Assembly: GCF_004010195.1 (NCBI RefSeq) | Contig: NC_057719.1 | Location: forward strand, 46,014,021 to 46,078,020 | Reading direction: 5' to 3' | DNA: 64,000 nucleotides | From: Chiloscyllium plagiosum | Taxonomy: Eukaryota | Part shown: piece after piece, positions 48,915 to 63,200 of the stretch | Position numbering within the stretch: position 1 is the first letter of the stretch | How the letters are laid out: each line of letters starts with the position of its first letter | The notes under the pieces: generated by a model | Seen by the model: only the letters and a program-made list of their open reading frames with translations | Told to the model about the DNA's origin: nothing | Databases searched by the model: none | Made by a program: the position numbers and the translations under genes

Positions 48915-51900
48915 TTAGAGGAACAAATATGCAGGGAGATTGGGGAGACTTGCAGGAGCAATAGGGCTGTCATAGTTGTGGATTTTAATTTTCCTAATGT
49001 AAACTGGGACTGCCAGAGTGTTAAAGGCTTAAATGGGATGGAATTTGTTAAGTGCATTCAGGAAAGTTTCCTGAAACAGTATATTAGAGGGTCCTACTTG
49101 GGAAGGGGCAAAACTCGACCTACTCTTGGGAAATAGGGCAGGACAGGTGACAGTCAGGGAACACTTTGGGACCAGTGACCATAGTTCTACTAATTTTAAA
49201 ATAATTATGGAGAGGGACAAAACTGTCAACAGGTTCAAGTTCTAAATTGAGGCAAGGTGAATTTTGATGGATTTTAAAGGGAGGCCTTTAAAAGTGAGAT
49301 AGCTAGAGTTCAAGGTCTATATGTTCCTGACAGGGTGAAAGGCAAGGTTGGCAGGAATAGGGAACACTGAATAACAAGAGATATTGAGGCTTTGACCAGA
49401 AAAAAAGGAGGCATGGCTAAGGTACAGGCAGCTGGGATCAAGGGAATTCCTGGAGGTAAATAGGGGATACAGGGATTTACTGAAGAAGGAAATCAGGAGG
49501 ACGAAAAGAGGGCACGAGATAATCTTGGCTGAGGAGATTAGGGTGAATCCAATAAGATTCTTTGGAGTGTCACAAGGATCGGTGCTGGGTCCACTACTTT
49601 TCATCATTTACATAAATGATTTGGATGCGAGCATATGAGGTACAGTTAGTAAGTTTGCAGATGACACCAAAATTGGAGGTGTAGTGGATAGCGAAGAAAG
49701 TTACCTCAGATTACAACGGGATCTTGATCAGATGGGCCAAGAATGGCAGATTGGAGATGGAATGGCAGATGGAGTTTAATATAGATAAATGTGCGGTGCT
49801 GCATTTTGGGAAAGCAAATCTTAGCAGGACTTCAACGGGATCTTGATCAGATGGGCCAAGATGGAATGGCAGATGGAGTTTAATATAGATAAATGTGCGG
49901 TGCTGCATTTTGGGAAAGCAAATCTTAGCAGGACTTATACACTTTATGGTAAGGTACTCGGAAGTGTTGCTGAGCAAAGAGACCTTGGAATGCAGGTTCA
50001 TAGCTCCTTGAAAGTGGAGTCACAGATAGATAGGGGTAGTGAAGAAGGCATTTGGTATACTTTCCTTTATTGGTCAGAGTATTGAGTACAGGAGTTGGGA
50101 GGTCATGTTGCGGCTGTACCGGACATTGGTTAGGCCACTGTTGGAATACTGCATATCATGAGGGACATGGATAGGATAAACAGACAAAGTCTTTTCCCTG
50201 GAGTGGGGGAGTCCAGAACTAAAGGGCATAGGTTTAAGGTGAGAGGGGAAGGATATAAAAGAGAGCTAAGGGGCAACTTTTTCACGCAGAATGAGCTATG
50301 GAATGATCTGCTAGAGGAAGTGGTGGAGGCTAGTACAATTGCAGCATTTAAAAGACATCTGGATGGGTATATGAATAGGAAGTGTTTGGAGAGATGTGGG
50401 CCTGGTGCTGGCAGGTAGGTCTAGATTGGGTTGGGATATCTGGTCAGCATGGACAAGTTGGACCGAAGGGTCTGTTTCCGTTCTGTACATCTCTATGACT
50501 CTATAAATAGATTAAAAGAAAAATAATAACTAGAGAGAAAGAATAGGGCCTCTAAAGGAACAAAATGGACATGTATGTGTAGAACCACAGGAGATGGGCA
50601 AGGTCCTCAATGAATATTTCTCCTCTGTGTTACCATGGAGAAAGACATGAATACTTGGGAGCTTGGGGAAATTAGTGGTGATAGATTAGATTCAGATTAG
50701 ATCCCCTACAGTGTGGAAACAGGCCCTTCAGGCCAACAAATCCACACTGACCCTCCGAAGAGCAACCCACCCAGACCCATTTCTCTACATTTAGCCCGAC
50801 TAATGCATGTGCAATTTAACATGGCCAATTCACCTAACCTACACATCCTTGTACTGTGGGAGGAAACTGGAGCACCCAGAGGAAACCCACTCAGACACAG
50901 GGAGAATATGCAAACTCTACACTGACAGTCACCCAAGGCTGGAATTTAAACAGGGTCCCTGGTGCTGTGAGGCAGCAGTGCTAACCACTGAGCCACCGTG
51001 CCTCCCCATTTTGGGGACAGCCCATATCACAGTAGAGGAAGTGTTGGATGTATTAGAATCTATGAAGGTGGATAAATCTCCTTTCCTGAAGAAGGGCTTA
51101 TGCCCGAAATGTCAATTCTCCTGTTCCTTGGATGCTGCCTGACCTGCTGCGCTTTTCCAGCAACACATTTTCAGCTCAAATCTCCTGATCCTGACCAGAT
51201 ATATCCAAGAACACTGCAAGAGGTTAGAGAAGAAATTGCTGGGGACCTGGCTGATACTAATTCATCATTGTTAGCCACAGGTGAGGTCCCGGAAGACTGG
51301 AGGGTAGTGAATGTTGGGCCCTTATTCAAGAAGGGCTGCAAAGAAAAGCCTGGAGATCAGTAAGCCTAACATCTGTGCTAGGTAATATATTTGAAAAGAC
51401 TCTGAGATATGAGGTATGCATGCATTTAGAAAGACAGCGTTTGATTAGGAATAGTCAGCATGGCTTTGTGCAGAGGAGATGATGCCTCAGATTTGTTTGA
51501 GTTCTTGGAGTAAGGTTGATGAGGCCAGGGTGGTAGATGTAGTCTATATGGATTTCAGTAAGGCCTTTGATAAGATTCCACATGTTAGGCTGCTCTGGAA
51601 GGTTAGATCGCATGGAATCCAGGACAAGCTGGCAAATTGGTTACACAATTGGTTTGATAGTATGAAGCAGAGGGTAATAGTGGAAGGATGCTTGTCAGCC
51701 AGGAGGACTGTGACTAGTGGTGTACCTCAGGTGTTGGTGCTGGGCCTATTGCTGTTCGTTATCTATATCAGTGTTTTAGATGAGAATGTATAAGGCATGA
51801 TTCAAAAGTTTGCGATGACATTAAAACAGGTGGTATTGTGACAGTGAGGAAGGTTATCAGAAATTTAAGCAGGACCTGGATCACTGGGGAAGTGGGCCGA

Positions 51901-52720
51901 GAAAGGATAAATGGAATTTAATACAGATAAGTGTGAGGTCTTGCATTTGGAATGTCAAATCAAGGTAGGAGTTTCATGGTGAATGGTAGGGCCTTAAGGA
52001 GTGTAGTGGAACAGAGGGACCTTGGAGTACAGGTGCACAGGGTCTCTGAAAGTAGAGTCACAGGTAGACAGGGCAGTAAAAAAGACTTTTGGCACACTGG
52101 CTTTCATCAGTTAGGGCATTGAATATGAAGTTGGGAAGTTATGTTGCAGTTATACAGGACACTGGTGAGGCTGCACTTGGAGTATTGTGTTCAGTTTTGG
52201 TCACCTTGCTCTAGAAAGGATGTTATTAAACTGGAAAGAGTGCAGAGGAAATTTACAAGGATGTTGCCAGGACTCGACAGTCTGAATTATAGAGAGAGGC
52301 GGACAAGCTAGAACCTTTTTCTTTAGAATGTAGGAGACTGAGGGGGTTCTTATAGAAGTGTATAAGATTGTGAGAGGCATGGATAGGGTGAATGTACTCA
52401 GTCTTTATCCCAGCATTGGGAATCAAGGACTAGAGGACATCAGTTTAAACTTAGAGGGGAAAGAATGAAAGGAAACCTGAGAGGCAATGTTTTTACACAG
52501 AAGGTGGTACATATATGGAATGAGCTGCCAGTGGAAGTTGACCCAGGTACATTAACAACATTTAAAAGGCATTTGCACAAATACATGGAAAGAAAGGGTT
52601 TAAAAGGATATGGGCCAAGTGCAGGGAAATGGGGTTAGCATTGGTGGGCACTTTGGTTGGCATGGACCAGTTTGAGCCAAAGGGCTTGCCTCTGTGCTGT
52701 AGGACTCTGTGACTCTAACC
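48915..52720 (+). mobile_element. CR1 LINE ORF2 remnant with nested younger CR1 3' part (~49563-50503), HE1 SINE (50682-51005, -) and PLE pLTR fragment (51083-51176)
   Basis: EN remnants, VPEDWRVVNV, YMDFSKAFD, VTSGVPQ; two separate CR1 3' tails (ctatgactcta ~50493, ctgtgactcta ~52708). Confidence 0.85.
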
Positions 52721-54356
52721 CATGACCCCATTATGGATCAAACATCTAAGTTAATTTTGAAAATATTGAATACTATCCTCCACTGCTCATGAGGAAAAGA
52801 ATTCCAAATTCTAATGATACTCAGGTGAAAATTTTCCTCACCTCTGTCTTAAATGAGAGATCTCTTTAATCTGCACCCACGCACATAAATCTATCTATAT
52901 CTCTTTGCAGACTCTTTGTATGCTTTGAGCAATTTACAATCTTACCTATCTTTGCAGATTTGGCTAAAATACATTTGGTCTCTTGAATATAGTTCTTAAA
53001 TAGTTGAAGCCCTGGTATTGACCTCTGTGATATTCTGCTGGTCATAGTTTACAATCCTGAAAATGATCCATTGGTCCCAATTCTATTCCCATGAAGTAGC
53101 TGGTCTTTGTCACTGCTCCCTTGCGGAGTGTGTTGTCAGATTCAAGCTGCATTGCCATGTCAGTGTCAAACAGGCACCACACTGGCTTTGTATCAGTGCA
53201 GCATAGCGTGAGCAGATGGCCAACCCCAGTGACAGGAGGTTGTGTGAACAGAAGCCAAGGAGAATAATTGTAGAGGTTGGCATTCAGGAATCATAATGAC
53301 CCACTTTGTTCTGGTAATGTCCCATGGACTCCTGTTTCCCCTGACCTACAAAGTTTACTCTGTAGGTGCCTGTATCATGAGACAGTCCTCCATAGTCTCC
53401 CTACAAAATTACAAAATCAGATTCTATTATGCATTGTAGCACTCCCATGTGCACTCTGTAAGGATTTACCACTTGAAATGGACGAGCTCTCAGACACCCT
53501 GGGCAAGGCCTCTTTGAGAATGACATCTACATTGGCATAACTGTCATTGTTTTAGACCACTATCACTCCATTCAAACCAGGCAATCCAAGTTCAAGTCAA
53601 ACCCTTGATCTGTGCTGAATTATCTGTTCCCAAGCAAGGAATTGGTTGGCGTTAAATTTGTGGAGGGTAATTTGCCTGAGTGCCCCCTTTGACAAGAGGA
53701 ACTAAAACCAAGTCAATGCCCCCATCTCAATTATTATTCAACTATTCAACCATCCATATCACTTCCCATTCTTTGGCCAATTGCCAACAAGTGAATTCTG
53801 CCATTTTTTCCGGAATTAATGAACAGATATTATTAATCGGCATTTGATTGTACAGAATACAAGTATTGGTGGAAAAAAGACACATTTTGTTAAAGTTTTT
53901 CAACTTGCACTCAGCAAGGCATTTGCAATGGAAAAGGAATTTTTTTGTATTGTTTAAAAAAAGTGTTGATTGGTTCATAGATGGATTGGAAGAGCCATTG
54001 CCATGAAGAATGCACCGGCTACATGATGGCTACCATTTAAAAAAATTAAACCAGCATTTTGACCCTGATTGGTCAAGATATTGCCCTAAGAAATGGAGCA
54101 GAGAATGGTTGCCCAAATCCCTACTTTGTTAAGTTTAATACCTGTAAAGTGTGTCTATATTCTTTCTGTCTACAAAGAGCAGGGTCTTGCCTCTTAATAT
54201 AGGATAGAATATATACAAGATTGTTAATTGGGCATGCAGCATGGTGATCTTGCATCTGCGAGAAACTACATATAATTATACACGGGGCCTTATTCTTTGC
54301 AGACAGAAAGAACGTGTGCACACGTCCACCTGTTTCAACTTAACAAAATAGGTGAC

Positions 54357-54877
54357 AGCTATTGGAAAGATGTTGCAAAACTTCAAAGGGTTCAGAAAAG
54401 ATTTACAAGGATGTTGCCAGGGTTGGAGGATTTGAGCCAAAGGGTGAGATTGAATAGGCTGGGGCTGTTTCCCTGGAGCATCGGAGGTTGAGGGGTGACC
54501 TTATAGAGGGTTATAGAATCATGAGGGGCATGGATAGGATAAACAGACCAAGTCTTTTCCCTGGGGTTGGGGGATCCAGAATAGAGGGCATAGGTTTAGG
54601 GAGAGGGGAAAGATATAAAAGAGACCTAAGGGGCAACTTTTTCACACAGAGGGAGGTACGTGTATGGAATGAGCTGCCAGAGGATGTGATGGAGACTAGT
54701 CCAATTGCAACATTTAAGAGGCCTTTGGATGGGTATATGAATAGGAAGGGTTTGGAGGGAGGTGGGCCGGGAGCTGTCAGGTGGGACTAGATTGGGTTGG
54801 GATATCTGGTCGGCACGGACAAGTTGGACAGAAGGGTCTGTTTCCACGCTGTACATCTCTATGACGCTATGACTCTA
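54357..54877 (+). mobile_element. CR1 3' fragment
   Basis: RVQKRFTRMLPGLE, RGDLIEGYRIMRG; (ctatga)n tail. Confidence 0.9.
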
Positions 54878-55624
54878 TCCAATTGTTAATTCTTGCCATG
54901 TCTGAAATTTTATGGAAGTTACTTCTGGACTTTAGGGAGAAAGTCCTGTCAACACAAGAAAAAAAAGTGGCATTCTATTTCTTTCTTTGCAATCAGACAT
55001 TTATTGAAAGCTCAAAAAAATGTTGTGAAAGAACTTGCTTTTTTTGTTTTTCTGCCTCACAGTTGAGATTAGATTGAGAGTATTAAGTATTGACTGTGCA
55101 GTTTCTTTTAGAATACAACGCCAATCGAAAATTTCACAACGCAATTTAAAAGTAGAATTCCCCTTTCATTCTAGGTATATTCATTACAATTTCACTTAGT
55201 AGGTCTATTCTTAATTGAATCAGGGCAATGTAAATGGGAAGTATATTGAAGAACACAAATGATTAGTACTTATTTATTTCAATTAATCCTCACTTTTCGT
55301 TACACTTTCAGCGTAGAAAGGTCGAAAACAAACAATATGTACTTGTATTATTAAATTAGTATTTTTTCAATTCTCTGTTAAAAGTGAGAAGAGTTGTTGC
55401 CTATATAAACAAATTTCTGCAAGTCAATGTCTTTTATAACTTTCAAAAGTGCCCCAGAATGATAAGAAAGAATCTGAATGGATTATTAATCTCTGCAGTT
55501 GTAATGTACATGTAATTCCATGATCAACACTGAAAATATTTTGCTGTTCTTGCAATTGTTTATGTGAGATCTTTCATTTAAAGTATTCATCTGAAACACT
55601 CAATGACTTGGTAACTCTGCAACA

Positions 55625-55960
55625 AACTAATTGAGGCTGATACTCCAGTATAGTACAGTGTGTGCGTCACACTCTCAGATGCCATCTTTTGGATGAGGTG
55701 TAAAATGGAGGCCCCACCTGACTTGTGTGGGATGTAAAAGTTGCTGTGCTACTATTTTGAAGAGAGTAAGGGAGTTATTACTGGTAGTCTTTGCCAATAT
55801 TTCTCCCTCAGTCAGCATCACAACAAGCCATTGCTTTGTGTGATTCTGGTGAGCACACACTAGCTGCCGTGTTTCCTTCATCACATCACTGACGATAGTT
55901 CAAAAATGCTTGATTAAATCTCCAGTCCTTATTAGACATTCATAAGTCACAGAAAATTTA
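55625..55960 (+). mobile_element. DeuSINE remnant
   Basis: gatgccatcttttggatgaggtgtaaaatggaggcccc...gccaatatttctccctca. Confidence 0.6.
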
Positions 55961-58010
55961 AGTCTTTCTGTCAGAATGTACTTTTGATGCTAGCTCTCAG
56001 ATCCTGTTGTTGTTGGGACACAAGAAGGTATACTTGAGTAAACCTGGTTGAATCAATTGATACCATGTGAAATTTGCAGTTAGGAAACTATATTCTACTG
56101 CTTTAAAATGCAATAGACTCTGACAATGTCACTTCAAATGAACCATATAAAAACTCACAAGTTGGTGTTCATTTTTGTTGAAGAGCTATATGCAGCAGAT
56201 CCTTAAGGAACTTGTAATATTGTGAAAACACAGATAACCATGTTTGACATGAACTCTAATTCATTGTTGTGATTGCACTGAGAAAAATTGCTGTGTGCTA
56301 GTAATTCAAGGCACAATTTATATGTTCTTTTGGATTAGTTTCACGTTAGAATGTCAATATGCAGGTTTAACTGACTATTTCAAAAGCCATGATTAATGTG
56401 TCTCATCACTTAGCACAAAGATTTGAGTCTCAAGGTTCCAAAATATCAAACAACACAGGCCTCAAAACTGATGCATTATTTTGACAGTTTGCTGAATAAA
56501 CTATGAAAACCTGATAATTATGTTTCCATCATTCTTATACATTTGTCATTTTCACTGACTATGAGGAATTTATGTCCATTGTGCTGAATTGAGGGTAGTT
56601 TTGTGTTACGGTGATCTTTGCATTTGGAACTTGGTAGTAGCTGTTCAAATAAATTTTAGTTCAAGGGGGAGGGGGAGAGACAGCGATCTCATCTGTAAGG
56701 GATTAATTTGAACAAACATCCCAGATGTGGCAGGATGATGCTTGAATCAACTACACCACCCAATCTTTCAGAACAGCTATTCAGAAAAATGATTTTTGAC
56801 TGCAATCAAAGTAGAAATTTTGAATCAACTTCCTGTACACAATGCTTCCATGGAAACCATAACTAAAATTGCCAAATTTGGGACCCATTTACGTTGTGGA
56901 ATTTCATCCTATGGGGAGTAGATTAAAGTTGCCAAACCTCAATTCATCTGTAACCTATAACAGCTGTTAGGGAGCAAAGGCAGTTAACTCTGCTTATTAG
57001 AATGAATTCAGTATCCTGAAGCTACAGCACAAAATATACTCAGCAGAATTAAATACAATAATAAGGACATTGCTGTTCTTTTCTGATTAATTTACAAACA
57101 CGCCAACAATATATTTTCCAAAATAAATCTCAAAGTAGAAACCATTATAGAACATAATTTCATCTGTAGGAATTAATGCTACTTGGTTATATTATTGCAT
57201 AGAGTTAGAGTCACTTCAGCATGGGAAGTAACCAGTCTATCCAGACCACATTAGCTGTCTGTAGAGCAATGCAGTCCCAAATGTTGTGTCGGAACCTGTA
57301 TCTTGCAAATTTATTTCACTCCAAGAGTCCATCCAATTTATTTTAAAGTCATTTAATGCCTCTGCTTCCACCATCCTTGTGGGTAGTGTCTGTCATGACA
57401 TTACCACTTGCTATGTGATGCATGTTCACTTTCACTTTCTCCTGCATCTCTTTTATGATGCTTCAATGAGCCTCCCAGACTCCAGTATGATTATCTAGTT
57501 GAACTGTTTTCCCTTACTGATAATTCATCCATATCTATTATAGCATTGTACCCCCTGTTATAATTCTGGGTTAGATTCCTAAATTTGGTTATGGTCAATA
57601 ATGTTTTCTTCAAAGTAGATGAAGTTCAGAATTCCTACATCCTTATTAATAGAATAAAGCCACAAGATTCTATGGGGTTGAATAACCAAAGATAAGCTTT
57701 GCTACATAAAATCAAAAGAAAGAAAATAACTTGCAATATTAATCTTATACTCTAACATCCAAAATCAACATAAAGCAAACATGAACAAACAAATAGCATC
57801 AAGTAAAATATCCTAAACTTCAAAAGACAGAGGTGACCTGGACTTATCCCTTGTATTTGTTAGCAACCCACACAAATGTGTAAAATTAGAGAGTCACAAT
57901 GGTCTTGTTAACACTCAATCTTTCTCCACAGGGATTTCCACTCTTCATTGCTGAAGCTTTCACTCTGAATTCACTCCAATGTTGCACCAACATGAAGTGC
58001 CTGACATTCT

Positions 58011-58027
58011 GCTCACCCCCTGGTGGT
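58011..58027 (-). promoter_or_regulatory. Candidate CTCF motif
   Basis: Minus strand ACCACCAGGGGGTGAGC matches the CCACCAGGGGG core of the CTCF consensus. Confidence 0.35.
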
Positions 58028-58377
58028 TTAACGTCATCTTCTAAGATTATGTTACAACACTGATTCACTGGAGAACATTCAGTTCTCTTGAGCTCCCCAA
58101 AGTTATTCTCAGCTCTAATAATATGGAGCGAGGACACAGCATCACTTTGCTCCCTCAGACAGAAATAGCTTCTCTGGCCAGTCTGGGTGTGCAGGCAACC
58201 ATTTGTCATTCCTATTGCATACTTGCAATTCAGGTGAGGATAGATACCAATAAAGGTCAGGAAGAGCAGGGTGAGTTGCAGACTCGGCCTAGTTGACCAC
58301 ACCCTCCAACCCTTAATGCTCCTTTCTTCTTTGCACTCTCTGTTCATCCCGTCAGTTCTGAGTTTCATACATTTCCA

Positions 58378-58979
58378 GGAGAAAGTGAGGACTGCAGATG
58401 CTGGAGATCAGAGCTGAAAATGTGTTGCTGGAAAAGCGCAGCAGGTCAGGCAGCATCCAAGGAGCAGGAGAATCGACGTTTCGGGCACGAGCCCTTCTTC
58501 AGGAATGAGGAAAGTGTGCCAAGCAGGCTAAGGTAAAAGGTAAGGAGGAGGGACTTGGGGGAGGGGCGTTGGAAATGTGATAGGTGGAAGGAGGTTAAGG
58601 TGAGGGTGATAAGGTGAGGGTGATAGGCCGGAGTGGGGGTGGGGGGGCGGAGAGGTCAGGAAGAAGATTGCAGGTTAGGAAGGTGGTGCTGAGTTCGAGG
58701 GTTGGGACTGAGACAAGGTGGAGGGAGGGAAAATGAGGAAACTGGAGAAGTCTGAGTTCATCCCTTGTGGTTGGAGGGTTCCTATCACCCTCCCTTAACC
58801 TCCTTCCACCTATTGCATTTCCAACACCCCTCCCCCAAGTCCCTCCTCCCTATCTTTTATCTTAGCCTGTTTGGCACACTTTCCTCATTCCTGAAGAAGG
58901 GCTCATGCCCAAAACGTCGATTCTCCTGCTCCTTGGATGCTGCCTGACCTGCTGCGCTTTTCCAGCAACACATTTTCAG
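58378..58979 (-). mobile_element. Penelope-like (Neptune-type) 3' end with inverted pLTR
   Basis: Same pLTR as 7146, 14685 and 26634; 14-bp TSD ttcatacatttcca at 58364-58377 and 58980-58993. Confidence 0.9.
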
Positions 58980-59606
58980 TTCATACATTTCCACTCAACT
59001 CTTTTATTAAAATGCTCATCTCTCCACTTTACAGTAAGCACTAGGTTTGCAGCCTAGTTATAAACAATCATTGCGATACACTGCAACACTCCCCCCCCCC
59101 CCTCAATGGAAGCCAATGTGATGGTGACTGCCATTGACTCAATTCCTCCCAGAAACATAGTGTGAGCCTGTAAGTTCTGAATGAGGTGGCAATGCACCAA
59201 TAGATAATTGCTCTAAGATGCTGTAAGTTTGCACACAGTTAATGAGCTCTAAGAGAGTAAACTAAGACCCCTGAGAAGCATCCTGCTCTCTCCCCACACC
59301 TAGTGTTCTAGTGTCAGCATTGCAATGTAAGATGTTGGAATACTCCATACTCTAATATGTCACAATGATGTCGTGAGGTTGATGCATGTTCAAAGGCAAC
59401 CCCCACGGACTGGGGCTGCAAGTGGTTACTGCTCATGGATTGTGCACAGAGATGGTGAAGAATACTTTTAACATTGACGCCAATCAGGAGCAAGCAATGA
59501 TATGTGGCTGCTGTGTACCTGATTTGTCACATTAGGAATTTGTCACTGACTAGTTTCTCTCTATTGTGTGGGAGAATAGGTAAAAGTGAAATCACAACAG
59601 TGTTGC

Positions 59607-59807
59607 CAGACCAAAGGGCTGCTGTCTCATTCAGAGAGCGATGACTGATGGTGGTTTAACCTGAGGGTCACAATGCCTCAGGTGAGAAGAGAGATTGAGA
59701 TGGAAAGTCCTTCATGGTAACCTCAGTCTGTGCAGGGGCTGAACCCAAGCCGTTGACATCACTTGCCATCACAAACCAACTGTCTAGCCAACTGAGCTAA
59801 CCAACCC
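59607..59807 (-). mobile_element. tRNA-derived SINE (6822 family)
   Basis: gactgatggtggtttaacctgaggg...ccaactgagctaa. Confidence 0.7.
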
Positions 59808-60065
59808 CTCAAGGGAGAATAATAAACTGCATATAAACGAGGCCAGATATAAACATGTGCAAATTGACCACTGCTGCTGACAAGATCCTTGTCTTACCAT
59901 TCAAACCTTGGGTGGAAAATGAGATAATTTTTCTCTCCATGTTGAGCATCTAATTTTTCTGATCTCACCATATGTTCTTGATTGCCTCACCACATTGCCC
60001 ATGTTATTCAGGATCTGGGAGTATTCTGCCCAGTTTCTGTTCCTGATAGAAGTCTTTAAAATTAT

Positions 60066-60222
60066 AAAGTTAAAAATCACACAATACCAGGCTATATTCC
60101 AACAGATTTATTTGGAAGTACTAGTTTTCGGAGCATTGCTCTTTCATCAGGTAGCTAGCTCCGAAAGCTTGTCCTTCCAAATAAACCTGTTGGATTATAA
60201 CCTGATGTTGTGTGATTTTTTT
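60066..60222. mobile_element. Penelope-like fold-back (11428 family), cut by the L1 tail
   Basis: Inverted arms homologous to 11428-11600. Confidence 0.75.
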
Positions 60223-63200
60223 AATAGGTAATTTTATTGAATAAAAAAGAGAAAATTATTAAACATTTTTTACAAAATTACAAAGTAATACAAACAAGTA
60301 TAAAGACCAATATAAAATTAAATAGATAAGAAAAAAAATAATAACCAAAACACAAAAAAGGGAAAAATCCAATTAACTACTAATCTATCCTACAAACAAC
60401 CAAAATATAAAATAGAATATCTTACATTACTAGCGAAAAATAACAGAATAATTGAATAACTTAGTACATGCTTAAAATGGATTTACATTAAGTTGTAATA
60501 AAACCCGTATTTATAAGGGATTCCTCCTCCCAGCGGCCCCCGGACCAGCCAGAACAACTACCACACCCAGACAAAAGCCCTGGACAATATGGCCGAAATA
60601 TCTGTGTCGATATAGTTCAAAAAGGGCTGCCATATTTTATAGAATAATTTGGATTTTTGGTGCACCATATTTGTGAGGAAGTCAAAGGGAATATATTCCA
60701 TGATTAACCTGTGCCAATTCGAAATTCCTGGAGGAACCTCAGCTGCCCAATTCACTAAGATATTTTTCCTTGCACAAAAGGAGAGAATGGAAAATAGTTT
60801 CCTCCCATGCACCTCCAGGGAGGGTAAGTCTGAAAAACCCAGGAGAAGAGACACTGGATCCAATCTAATCTCCGTAGCTAAGATCTCTGTCCGGGCATTC
60901 GCTACTCTGTCCCAGTACCTACAGATCTTGTAACATGTCCATAAACAGTGTGTGAGAGTGCCTACTTCAATTTTGCATTTAGGACACATTGGTGATGTTC
61001 CTACATTAAATTTTGCGAGTTGTTCAGGTGCTATATGAGCCCCATGGAGTACCTTTAATTGAATAGCTTGAGTTCTATTGCAAATAGAGATCTTTCTGGA
61101 ATTTTTCCAGATGTCCTCCCACATTTCTAAAGAGATTTCTAACCCCAATTCCTGGTTCCATGTTTTAAATAGTCATTCCGTGGCTTTCGATACCTCTTTG
61201 TATAATGAGTGATAAAGAGTATTGACCGAGGGTGGCCCCTTGGCCATAGTACTCTTCTTTCCCTATCCGATTTGTAGGGACTGTCTATTAATGTGGTCTT
61301 CTTCTGTGTATAATCTCATATTTGGAAATACCGAAAAAGGTCCCTATTAGGCAGTCCAAACTTTTGGTGCACTGCTCAAAAGACATCATAACTTCACCAT
61401 CGAACAGGTCCGCCAAGCAAGAGATACCTCTGGACCTCGAGGTTTTAAATGTAGCGTCTGTCAGCCCTGGCTGAAAACCCGATGCCCCCACTATAGGAGT
61501 ATAAGAAGAGGTTTTCTGTAGGTTACCCTCATCTTGCCGTATTATCCTCCAGACTTTAATTGTAATTAATACAATAGGGTTTTTTTTACAATAGTCCATA
61601 ATAGTTCTCATCTTATCTAAAAATAAAAGATTGATGAGGAGACACTTTGCTTGGGAGGTCTCAATGTCTAACCAAATTGATTGTGGGTCACAAGAGACCC
61701 AATCAGCTACATATGATAATAAAGAGCTCAACTGATACCTCCTAAAGTCTGGGAAGTCCAGTCCTCCCCTTGCCCGTGGAAGCTGCAGCTTTTCTAATTT
61801 GATAAGGGGCTGTCCATGATTCCAGACAAAGGAACCAAGCCAGTTGTGTAGCTTATGCAATGCCAGTCTCGGCAACATCAGAGGGAGCATTCTCATAGGA
61901 AATAGGAGACGAGGTAGAATATTTTTAACTAGAGCTACTCTGCCTAAGCAGTATATTGGGAGATCTCCCCAGCGTTGTAGGTTCTGCCTTATTTTCTCTA
62001 ATAGGTGCACAAAATTGGCTTTATACAGCTGACCAAATACTGGGGTGATAAAAATACCTAAGTATAGAAAACCCTCCAGTGACCACCGGAAGGGAAAACA
62101 AGATCCGTCCGGTAAGTTAGGTATACAGGCGAGACCACCCAACGACATGGCCTCCGATTTCATAAAATTGACTTTATAGCTTGAGAACATACTAAATAGA
62201 TTAATCGCTTGAATTAGGCGGGGCATGGATATCCAAGGATTACTTAAGAAAAGGAGGACATCATCTGCATAGAGAGTGATTTTATGTTTACCCGAACCAA
62301 CCCTCGGAGCCGCTATGTTAGGGTCAGTACGTATAGCTTCCGCTAGTGTTTCGATTACTAGCGTGAATAGTAATGGTAATCCCTGATGACAGCCTCTCTT
62401 TTATGATGTATGGTAAGACCCTCTCCAGTCTTAATGCTAACATTTTAGAAAGGATTTTAAAATCCACATTTAGCAAGGATATTGGTCTATATGATGAACA
62501 ATCTTCTGGGGCCTTTCCTTTTTTAAGAATGAGAGAGATATTTGCTTCTCTCAACGAAGGCAGGAGGCAGCCCTGACTATGTGAATAATTATACATGTCC
62601 ATAAGTGGACCAGCCAGTTCCCCAATAAATTCTTTATAAAACTCAACCTGGAATCCATCTGGTCTAGGTGCTTTGCCTTTCTGAAACTGTCTAATTGCAT
62701 CGACTACTTCCTAGGTTGTCAGGGGAGCATTCAGGATTGACATCTACTCCGAGGTTAAGTCTGGACAGGCCAAGTTTTTAAAGAAGGACTCCATCTTCTT
62801 AGTTCTATCCTCACAGTCCTGTGATTTATACAGTTCAAAATAGAACTTTCTAAAGGCTGTATCGATCCTTTTACAATCACAAGTCAAAGTACCAGCACTT
62901 TCTCTAATGGATGTAATAGCTTAAGGGGCCTGTTTTTTCCTAGCAAGATACGCTAGGTATCTGCCTGGCTTGTCACCATATTCATATAGTCTTTGCTTTG
63001 CAAATTATATATCCCTCTTTGCTATTTGGGTGTGCGGTATTCAAGGCTGTCCTAAGGGCTGTGATCCTTTGTAGCTTAGTAATGGAGGGCCTATCAACAT
63101 ACGCTGACTCAGCTGCCTTCAAGTGAGCCTCGAGCAGGCACTGTTGTTCTCCCTTTTGTATTTTCTGGGTCATAGAATATAAGATGATCAAACCTCGTGC

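Noticed and set aside
49713..49937. ~105-bp tandem duplication inside CR1
   Set aside because: Ordinary local duplication or assembly stutter in a dead element.
57886..58368. 160-aa minus-strand ORF
   Set aside because: No recognisable motifs or exon signals; compatible with a chance ORF.
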